Below, one piece after another: positions 50,370-61,028 of a stretch of DNA of 64,000 nt (the first letter of the stretch is position 1; every line of letters starts with the position of its first letter). A program made the position numbers and the translations under genes. This DNA comes from Octopus vulgaris. Taxonomy: Eukaryota. Where the stretch lies: NCBI GenBank assembly GCA_951406725.2, contig OX597833.1:8432001-8496000 (forward strand), in the 5' to 3' direction. A model generated the notes under the pieces. That model saw only the letters and a list, made by a program, of their open reading frames with translations, was not told the DNA's origin and searched no databases.

Positions 50370-51386
50370 TAGTTGAAAAGCTTCCATTACGTAGGTGACA
50401 AAGTCTGTAGCAGGGCTGGATACTCTGGGAGCATAGATGCTAGAATATGAATAGCCTGGGCAAAGTTCAGAGAGCTCCTGCCTCTCTGCTGGTAACTAAG
50501 GACCTCTCACTCAGAATGAAAGGTGGACTGTATGATGCATGTGTTTGAAAAGCCATGCTACATGGCAGTGAAACATTGTCCATGACTATTGAGGACACGT
50601 GTAGGCTTGAAAGAAATGAAGCTAGGATGTTCTGCTGGATGTGTAATGTCAGTGTGCATACACAACAGAGTGGAAGTGCCCTGAGAGAAAAGTTGGACAT
50701 AAGAAGCATCAGATGTGGTGTGCAAGAGAGACGACTGCGCTGGTGTGGTCATGCGATGTGAATGGATGAGGACAGCTGTGTGAAGAAGTGTCACACCCTA
50801 ACAGTGGAAGAGGTAGACCCAGGAAGACATGGGATGAGGTGGGAAAGCATGACCTTCAAACGTTGGGTCTCACAGAGGCATTGACAAGAGACTGAGACCT
50901 TTGGAGATATGTTGTGATTGAGAAGACCTGGCAACTAAATGTTGCATAACTGGCCTTTTTAAAAGTACCCTTGATGCGTCGGCTGATGTAATGTGTTTGA
51001 GAAGACCTGTTGAATCAAGTGAAATCAAAATTGTAATCGTGACCAATGCTGCCTGACGGACAGTCATGCTGGTGGCACGTAATAAACACCATTTGAGCAT
51101 GGGTTGATGTCAGTGCTGCCTGACTGACTCCCCATATTGGTGGCGCATAAAAAGCACCGTGCAAACGTGGTCAATGCCAGTGCCACCTGACTGGTTCCCA
51201 TGTTGGTGACATGTAAAAAGCACCCACTATACTTTCGGAGTGGTTGGCGTTAGGAATGGCATCCAGCTGTAGAAACCTTGCCACATCAGATTGGAGCCTG
51301 GCACAGCTTACTGGCTTGCCAATCACCAGTCAGACTGTCCAACCCATGACAGCATGGAAAGTGGACTTTAAACGATGATGATGATG
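50370..51386 (+). mobile_element. 5'-truncated RTE LINE (RT C-terminus + 3'UTR with tandem repeats + (TGA)n)
   Basis: IAWAKFRELLPLL, KGGLYDACV, MLHGSET, LERNEARMFCWMCNV, RRLRWCGH, GRPRKTW; then TGGTG(G/A)C.C..AAAAAGCACC repeats. Confidence 0.9.
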
Positions 51387-51557
51387 AATAATTGATGAAA
51401 GAAAGATAGATTGGGCACAAGTCTTCATTCATTACGATAATTGTTTTGACTCATCCTGAAACTATCTGTTGTGGGTGAGATTTTATGCATCTGATAACAT
51501 TGAATCAACCTGTGCCGTTTGCACGCATCAGGTTGATACCCATTAGTCCAAAGAAAT

Positions 51558-51597
<40 letters not shown>

Positions 51598-52379
51598 CAT
51601 ACGCATGCATATATATATATAACGGGAAGCTTTATGAAAATAAACAAAAGACGAAGGCAGGTGGAATACAAACAAACAATTGTATTAGTATGGCGCTCAG
51701 GAATATAAATAAAACAAGTCTTTTACGTTTTGAGCCTACGCTCTTCTACAGAAAGATTATATATATATATATAAGAGAGAGAGAGAACAAAGTGTACATA
51801 TGCCACTATATATATATATATATATATAAAATACAAAATGAGACAAGAAGGCAAAACATCCGGATAACTAAGTGATACAAAAAAGGGACAACAAAACATC
51901 CAGAGAGATGATACAAAGAAAACAAGGACGGGTCATTCGAAGCTTTCTATCCTCAGTCAAGAACCAATGCTCTTAGCTTAATTTTTCTTTGGGGCTGGCC
52001 AGATTGGAGCAATCTCAAGAATAATCAGCCGAAATTGCGAGGATAATCTGGTTCTTAACTGAAGATAGAGAACTTTGAATCATTTAATGTCCACAGTATT
52101 TAAAATGCGAGATACTAATCGTTTCTTGTAAATCTATATAATGTGCTTTGCATCTGCAGGCTCAGTGTCTCCATGACAAGAAACTCTTTGTAGCTCTTAT
52201 TTTAAATACTGTGTACATTAAGTGATACACACACACACACATATATATATCCATTTAGTATTAACTATGGGAGAAAAAGAGTACTAAATACAGGATCTTC
52301 TGGCAAACTGTGAGTGGAAAAATATATTTGTATATATATATATATACATACTGATTATATAGGTAGGTTGGTTGGTAGG

Positions 52380-52889
52380 TGTGTAGACAGTCAGACAGAC
52401 AGGCAGGCAGACAGACAGACAGGTAGACAGACAGATAGACAAACAGACAGACAGGCAGCAGACAGACAAACAGATAAATAGATAGACAGAGAGGGAGAGA
52501 GACAAACAGACAGACAAATATGGTCATTGAACGTCAGTTTAGACAATCCAACTGTCTTTGCCGCAAAACTTGCCCTAATTACCTCCCTTCGTCTATTCGT
52601 CCGTCCCAGAGTTCAATGACCTCCTCCACCTTTTAACTATTCCTTGTCTCTATTCCTTATTGGCGTCGTTAACGCTTACACTCTGGCCTCATCAAACAGA
52701 TATCTAATGTTAAAAGCGTTACAGTCGTGACTACACCGCCTTTCTTTTCTTCTTTTTTGTTTACGTTTAAATACCTTCCTATTTAGATATAGTGTTCAAG
52801 TTATAGATAGACAGACAGGAAGATAGACAGACATATAGATATATAGACAGACAGACAGATAGATAGATAGATAAACAGACAGACAGACG

Positions 52890-52943
<54 letters not shown>

Positions 52944-52967
52944 CAGACAGATAGATAGACAGATAGA

Positions 52968-53000
<33 letters not shown>

Positions 53001-53036
53001 GGAAAGATAGATAGATAGATAGATAGATAGACAGAC

Positions 53037-53105
<69 letters not shown>

Positions 53106-53322
53106 AGCAGACAGACAGATAGATAGATAATAGATAGATAGATAGATAGACAGACAAGTAGACAGATAGATAGACAGGCAGACAGACAAGCAGACAGATA
53201 GACAGACAGACAGATAGATAGATAGATAGACAGACAGACAAGGAGACAGACAGACAGACAGATAGATAGATAGACAGACAAGTAGACAGATAGATAGACA
53301 GGCAGACAGATAGACAGACAGA
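52380..53322. repeat. (AGAT)n/(AGAC)n tetranucleotide arrays (52380-52520 and 52803-53322)
   Basis: Direct reading. Confidence 0.95.
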
Positions 53323-53520
53323 TTTTTCACGTTCAGAGTTGCTGAAGCATGGAACAAACTGCCTGCGTCAGTTGTTGACTGCCATGACACTGCATCCTTT
53401 AAGGCCCTCATGCTTCCCGAAATCCGCCGAAACTACACCTGATTATATATACACTTTAGATGAGTTGTAGTGCACCTGAGCACTGTACACAATGTTTATT
53501 ATTATTATTATTATTATTAT
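53323..53520 (+). mobile_element. CR1/L2-type LINE extreme 3' end
   Basis: [30 protein letters not shown]...*, then 3'UTR and (ATT)n tail; tail GTGCACCTGAGCACTGTA also on the minus strand at about 54380-54410. Confidence 0.8.
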
Positions 53521-53954
53521 AATTTAATTCAGGAATTACAAAGTAACTCGATGATCGAAAGATTTGTGCATTGACACTTACCAAAAAGTTTGCCAAGTAT
53601 CAATCCAGTTTAAGTCACTTTGCAACTTTTACCGAATGTGTGTTGGGTGGGGCGTGCATGTGTGTCTACACACACACACTCACACACACATGTTCATACG
53701 TACGTATCAATGTGTTCATATAAGTTGTATTTAAAATAGAAGTTTAGATAGGAGAGTTTAAGGTGTAGTATCCGAACCTTGTTATGGCAAGGTCCCTTGT
53801 TGTGCGCCTGCAGAGCACGTTCAAGTCCTTGCGGTTACCAGGCGTTATCTGGTGTAGCGCACTCTCGCTGCTGGATGGGTGATCTTTCGGGGTACAAAAA
53901 GCACGTACATTTTTGACATTTACGGTACTTAATATCGAAATTTTGCCCTTAATA

Positions 53955-54230
53955 CAGGACAACGACCATTTCGGCTTACTTCTACGCTGTCCCAGTGGGT
54001 GGAGAATGATGTAATGGAATCGAATGCACCCCTTATTGCAGAAAACTGCCTCAGGTCACACAAAGGGGTTCACTGTTATAACATGTACGTACATTCGATA
54101 ACACTGAACCGCTTTGTGTGACCTGAGGAGGCTTCTTCTGCACCCTGTGGTACATTCGATTCCATTACATCATTTCCCATTCATGAGGGAGCAGGCCAGA
54201 AACCGAAACGATCCCGGTCATAAATAAAGC
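53955..54230. repeat. Imperfect inverted repeat centred on ATGTACGTACAT, Penelope-terminus-like
   Basis: AATGATGTAATGGAATCGAATG / CATTCGATTCCATTACATCATT; CCTCAGGTCACACAAAG / CTTTGTGTGACCTGAGG. Confidence 0.85.
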
Positions 54231-54504
54231 TTCCAGTACACTCTCTCTTACGTATTAATCATTTAAAATGTGTGTGTGTGTGTTAATCGAAGTGTAGAGT
54301 TTTATACATCCATTACGGCTGATCTTACCATATAAATTTGTAGTGCAATATATCATAATAAAAAATCATAATGAACTTATTGTATACAGTGCTCAGGTGC
54401 ACAACAACTGATCAGAAAAAGTAGCCAGGTGTGCATGTATAGCAGGTGTGCGTGAAACTCGGAGTAGCAGATTTTTATTATATTTTTGTGATGCTTTTGC
54501 AGCT

Positions 54505-54617
<113 letters not shown>

Positions 54618-55858
54618 GGAAGTATTTGGCTGTTATTTCTAGTGGGAAGAGTGAGTTTGGAGGCAGGAATTATTGGACCCCGAACACCAAATCGCGTCGT
54701 CCTGAAGTTTCTCTCAGCAAAGTCAGGCGACGCCGCGTGAGGAAACAAGGTGCCCGTTGCCCCAGAATGGCCTCATCTCATTAATACAATATGTGTGTAA
54801 GAGATCAGTTTCGATGCTTTTTTACACAGAATGTCTGAAATAAGTTTAGAGGTCAGCGAAAGATGATGGAGGGGAACATTGAGACGGTTTTGTTGGCAAT
54901 CTTCCAGCTTTCGGTCGTTATCGGAAGGAATAACAGAATATAAGATTACGAACTGAAACGAATCCGAAGTCTTATATTCTGCACTGTTTCTTGTTGCATT
55001 CTTTAAAATATGGCTTCAAACACGAAAGTATCGTTATTAAATATTTATTTTATACAATTACATGCTTCGTATTAAAAACAAAAACTAATTAATTTCAAAC
55101 ACATTTTGTGATATTGTTTGTTTCATTAGAATATTTATTGACGTTCGTGTTCGTTTTATTCTATCATTCTGTTTCAGTTAATATTATGTATTCTGTTATT
55201 CTTTAGAACTTATACTGATCGCATTTACTAATCAATTTGTTCTTATGTAATCGAACTTCTACTTCGATTTGAGGGAAACGAAATAATATCAGTTGTTTAG
55301 CTCTAGCGATCTAGTTAGATCCAACCCCAGTTCAACTACGATGCAGGCTGTTCCAATAGTTATAGTAATAAATAACCTTCCTAAAGACATCAAGATTCGA
55401 TAAGAAGATTTGGCTGTTATTTCTAGCGACCACGTTGTGCTCCTTTCATTTGTTTCTCGTCTCAGAACATTTTACGTGTTTCATTAAATATTTTATGGAT
55501 ATTTTGCGTTTTACAATGCTTTTAGAAATAATAATCTGTTATTCTTATGAATAAATTTTCTAAAACAAATCTTAATTTCTGTTTAATATTATTTTATCGT
55601 TCTGAGGTTTGTCTGTAAAATATGAGGGTTTCACAAAAGGATTCCTCAAGAAAACTAAGTTTTAATACCTTTAGTTTCGTGAATCTCGTTGTACTTTGTG
55701 TGTGTGTGGTGTGTGTGTGTCCACCACCTCTTGAAAACTGGTGTTGGTTGGCTTACATCCCTGTAACTTAGCTGACAACAGAATAAGCACCAGGCTTTAT
55801 AAAGTGCTGTGTAGTGTGATTTATCATAAAACAACGACACACAATCAGAATAATAAAT

Positions 55859-56076
55859 GTCAGCTTAAAACTGTGGCTGGTGCAACCCCCTTCGTCAGCT
55901 TAAAACTGTGGCTGGTGCAACCCCCTTCGTCAGCTTAAAACTGTGGCTGGTGCAACCCCCTTCGTCAGCTTAAAACTGTGGCTGGTGCAACCCCCTTCGT
56001 CAGCTTAAAACTGTGGCTGGTGAAACCCCCTTCGTCAGCTTAAAACTGTGGCTGGTGCAACCCCCTTCGTCAGCTT
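55859..56076. repeat. 35-bp tandem repeat, about 6.2 copies
   Basis: GTCAGCTTAAAACTGTGGCTGGTGCAACCCCCTTC at 55859, 55894, 55929, 55964, 55999, 56034; one C>A variant in copy 5; no spacers. Confidence 0.97.
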
Positions 56077-56364
56077 GACTGCTTTGTCTTCTCCTCAGTT
56101 TCTGGCCAGCGACTTTGAGAAGAAGGGGTTAGTTGATTAAATTAACCTCACTACATGACAAGTAAATGACCACAAAAGGATAAATGGCAAAGTTGACCTT
56201 GGTGGAATTTGAATTCAGAACATAAAGAGAGCTGAAACCAAAGTTACAAGACAGTTATTCTGTCTCTCGATGTCAGTTCTGCCGATTCACAGCCATTTTC
56301 TCATCAAATGGAAAAACTGATGAAGACTCTGTTCAGAGTTGGAAATACAAACACATTTTAACTC

Positions 56365-56955
56365 TTTATTTGTTTCATTCATTTGACTGTGGCCATGCTG
56401 GAGCACCACCTTTTTCGGGCTTAGTCAAACAACTCGACCACAGTACGTGTATTTTTAAGTTTGGTATTTATTCCATCAGTCTTGTTTGCCAAACCTCTAA
56501 ATTGCAAGGATATAAACAAACCAACACCAGTTGTCAAGCAGTGACAGTGAGGTCAAATGCACACACACACACACATATGCTTCTTTCAGTTTCCATGTAC
56601 CAAATCCATTCAACAAGGCTTTCCATGGCCTGGTGCTATTTAAAAGATACCTACCCAAGGGTCATGCAGTGGGATTGAACTTGGAACCACCTTATTACCT
56701 ATTTCTTTACAACCCACAAGGGGCTAAACAGAGAGGACAAACAAGGACAGACACAGATTAAGTTGATTACATCGATCCCCAGTGTGTAACTGGTACTTAA
56801 TTTATCGACCCTGAAAGGATGAAAGGCAAAGTTGACCTCAGCAGAATTTGAACTCAGAACGTAACGGCAGACGAAATACCACTAAGCATTTCGTCCGTCG
56901 TGCTAACGGTTCGGCCAGTTCACCACCTTAACCACCTTATTACCACACAACCATA
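56365..56955 (-). mobile_element. SINE family A with CR1-type tail, SINE B nested at 56700-56929
   Basis: 15-bp TSD AACCACCTTATTACC at 56685-56699 and 56930-56944; tail GGTGGTGCTCCAGCATGGCCACAG. Confidence 0.8.
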
Positions 56956-57066
56956 AATACCAGTAATTACTGTCACTTCAACTTGCCCCTGCTCACTTTT
57001 GAATGAAGTGAGACTCCATTATCTGTCATTAGTAGGGTCGTCTGTTGTCTGAACCCCAGAAATTAG

Positions 57067-57113
<47 letters not shown>

Positions 57114-57488
57114 AGAGGGAGTGATAGACAGCTGTCTGGCAGTTCTTGGTAAGGAGAAACAAGGAGCTGTGTGGTGGAGAGGGAGTGGCAGGGAGAGTCA
57201 ATAATGAGAGAGGAGAGAGGGAGAGGGGGAGAGGGGGGTGAAGGCCAGCCGTGGAGCACAACAGTAACACCCCCATCACCACTTTGAAATTTGTTTTCTC
57301 ATGTCTGCTCCCTTGCAAAGGCCTTCATCACAAATTCTGGTCCTCCGCAAGGTTCAGTCTGAGAAGATGAGTCTTCACTCCATCTCTTCCTTTGATTCCC
57401 TCTTGCACAGATTCCATCCACTCTGAGCGATTGACACTTCTTTACACAGCTGACGACCAAACCCCCACCTCCTTGCTATAGTTTAGCA

Positions 57489-57701
57489 CAGTGGTTTTTC
57501 AACCAGGGTTCCACGGAACCTTAGGGTTCCGCCAGTACAGTCCAGGGGTTCCGCAAGAAGTTACAAAAATGCTAAAATCGACAGTAATTTTTAATTCTGT
57601 GCAGATATGTGTACATAACACAAATTATTGCACAGGGGTTCCTCGAGCCAGTGGAACGTTTCCTTGGGGTTCCGCTTCAGCAAAAAGTTTGAAAAGCACT
57701 G
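57489..57701. mobile_element. hAT (Charlie-like) MITE, 213 bp
   Basis: TIRs CAGTGGTTTTTCAAC / GTTTGAAAAGCACTG; perfect 8-bp TSD GTTTAGCA; internal GGGTTCC repeats. Confidence 0.92.
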
Positions 57702-59470
57702 GTTTAGCATCTTAAATGATAAACTGTGCTAAAGGCCAGATGAACTAGTCTCCATTATTTAGTCAATAAAATACAGTACCAGGGTCAGAAATGTTACCTT
57801 TTATTTGGGGGGTTTTTTTTGGGGGGGGGGTTGAAAAATCTCTGAAATGCTCAGAAAAATTACCAGTCACAGAATCAATAAATGAAGATGTTTCCATCTG
57901 AGATGCTGTTGTTTTGGGATAAAATATAAAATCAGAGTCAATAGACTTTACCTGAAGCTAAGAGGTTATATTCAAAACTGTGAGGAGTTTAGATTCAGAT
58001 TTTAGGCATGATCTGCCGGGACTGACTCAGGGTTGTATACTACAAATGGATTTATGTGACTGTCGTACTTTTGTTCAAAGACATGACTTCAACAAGGCTG
58101 TAACCTTTAAACAATGTGTCTAATTAAGCCCATCCTCCACCCCAGAAGGATCAAAGGCAAAGATGGCCAGTGCAAGATTTGAACTCAGAACATGAAGAAC
58201 TTTAAAAAATAACATTTTGTTTGACTCTAACCCTAGATAATCTGTGTCAGAAAATCAAAAATGACAGGTGATTGTAATTAGCTTGTCTTTGGATCACATC
58301 AAACCTGATGCTAAACAATGACAGCAACCTCTTGCTCATTATTGCTCCATACACCCAGTGCGGTTGCTATGACAACAGTATGGTGTTGACAGTCACAACA
58401 TCACACTTTCATTTCTGCAATCTCTGACTTGGCTGGGAGATAACAGCAAAGCCACAGCCGTTCTCAGGTCGTTTCTGACCATTGAAATTGGCGCCATCAG
58501 TTTTCCTCTTGAAGCTTTGTAAGAGATGAGCAGGGAAGGAAGGGTAACTAGTGTGGGGCATGGACGGGTTGGACACAACATGCATGATGAGACGGGGAGT
58601 TGAGTGGTGGTGGTGGTGGTGGTGGTGGTGGCATGAGGCCAGCCAATTCTGATGAGCAGAAACCATTATAAAAGGGTCCAAGAATAGAGACAGCAAACCT
58701 GTGGTGGATCAAGGCCCAGGGTGAGATAAGGAGGTCCTTGTCTCAACAGGGTCCAGTATGTGTCCGTGTTCCCTACCAACAGCAACACTGTCCCACATGG
58801 GCGAACAATGATCCATTTTCGGCCTCACTGACCTTTGTAGAGCTTCATTCATAATTGTTTTAAACAGGCCAGGCTGCAGCACAGTGTGCCTTTCGTGAAG
58901 TGATGCAGAAAACAACATCAACTTGTTAGATACATTATTTATTTCAACACAAGTTACAGTGAAAAATCTGGACATCTCCATCAATATTTTCTTACAAATT
59001 TCATTTTTTACACAAACTTCAGGAATTTCCAAAAAAAAAAATTCATTCCACAAAAATAATAAATAAATAAAAAAAACTTTTCTCATTTATTTTATTTGTT
59101 TTCACTTCTGATGTCATTTTGTTAATTTTTCTAAAAAAAAAAAAAAAAAAATTGGATCCCCTCCAACGCACACAATTTCATTATGTGAAGGGGCCAATAT
59201 GTTTGCAGCGTGGTTACCAATATGCTTCAATATGGTCAGCAATATATTCCAACATGGTTAGTCATATACATATATATACACTTACATACACACACACATA
59301 TATATATATATAATATACAGACACATACAGATACACACACACACACATATGTACAAGTGTATATATATATATACACAAGTATACATATATATATATACAC
59401 ATAAATATATACATATATATGTATATATATATATATATATATACACACAAGTGTATATATATATATATAT

Positions 59471-59529
<59 letters not shown>

Positions 59530-60055
59530 AAGATACAAGTATATATATGTATACACAAGTATATATAGGTTTTCTTATAAATGGCCAGATGTTTCAACTA
59601 TTGTCTCTCCTGCAGGGATGACTCATAACATCTGGCCATGTTGTAAGAGAACAATAAACACAACGCACACACACACACACGTCCATGGTAGAATTACCAA
59701 TCTATTTCCACAGTGTGGTAACCAGCAGTCGTCCATAGTAGAGTTTCTAACGTATTAAGACAGTGTGGTTATCAACAGATTGCAATTGTGGTCACCAACA
59801 GACCCACAATCTGGTCAACGATGTGGACACCAACATACACCACAATTACAACCGAGGCTTCTTCCTGTAAATCATGCCGGAGATATATACAAAAATAGAA
59901 TTTTCTCCAAAATATTGAGATTAAGGAATTCCAAATCTAATGTTTGGTACCAAATCTGAAGAAAATTTGAAAGAATGGATTTAAAAAGAAAAAGGCATTG
60001 GGAGCGAAGATTATACCAAGTACGTCCACACACACACATTATATATATATATACA

Positions 60056-60921
60056 CATGGTCTGATCAATAAATATCCAAACTGTTGCTCTAGTAATGAA
60101 GCCAAAGTATGCAGAGTTAAGCTTGGCAAAGATTGACTTTGAACTCAGCTGTGCACTGAGTTTTAACGTTCTGGCTCACTTCCACTATTTACAGCAGTGC
60201 TTGGAAGGAAGGTGTGTAGCGTGTGATTGTCGCATTGATGGATAAAGCTGAGCAGAGAATCTGCATCCAATTTTGCCAAAAGCTTGGCTTTTCCTGCTCA
60301 GAGGTGTACACAAAGTTTTCATTGTTCTCGACACAATCAGGAGATCTTGTGCGACTGAAACCCAAGTGTCTTTTTGGTCAGGTGAAAGCAGTTTCAGTAC
60401 AGATTTGGCAGACGCATGTCTCATACCCAAATCTTCAGTGATAATGGAATGAATTGGACTGTAACTAATCTGCATATCCTCTGATAACTCACGGATGGTG
60501 ATTTGACAATTTCCCCTCAAAGTTGCACATACATCTGTGATGTTTTTCTCAGTTCTGCTGGTTGCGGGTCTCCCAGAACGTTCGTCAATATCAACATTTT
60601 TTCGGCCACCTTAGAAACGTCTCAGCCACTCGTACACTTGTGTGTGACCCCTACATTCCTTTCCATACACTTTCTGCAACTTTGTGTAGGTCTCTGAGCA
60701 GGTGTTGCCATTACAACTTTCTGTTGTGGTCACTGCGACGATTACACACTACACACCTTTCTTCCAAGCACTGCTGTAAACAGCGGAAGTGAACTAGAAT
60801 GTAAAAGCTTAGTGCACATGCACAGTTGACTTCAAGGTCAATCTTTGCCAGGTGGCTTCACTATGTATGCTTTAGCTTCGTTACTATGGCAACAGCCTGG
60901 ATACTTATTGATCAGACATTA
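60056..60921 (-). mobile_element. Second copy of the non-autonomous double-ended mariner
   Basis: Same GTCTGATCAATAA ends; EQRICIQFCQKLG on +, ITIRELSEDMQISY...EDLGMRHASAKSVLKLLS on -. Confidence 0.88.
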
Positions 60922-60971
60922 TATATATATATAGAGAGAGAGAGAGACACAATGGTGTATGTATATATGTA

Positions 60972-61028
<57 letters not shown>

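Noticed and set aside
52779-53411. 210-aa [11 protein letters not shown]
   Set aside because: AGAT/AGAC microsatellite plus an antisense LINE tail.
54674-54763. Telomerase RNA, RNase MRP or H/ACA scaRNA (UGAG in loop)
   Set aside because: No CTAACCCT template nearby, no MRP/P CR-I motif, no H and ACA box pair found.
55859-56076. 35-bp repeats as a CRISPR array
   Set aside because: Head-to-tail with no spacers, eukaryotic context, no cas genes.
58393-59086. ORFs 58409-58696 and 58709-59086 as a third gene
   Set aside because: VRPKMDHCSPMWD resembles a decayed CR1-like RT C-terminus; no coherent exon chain.
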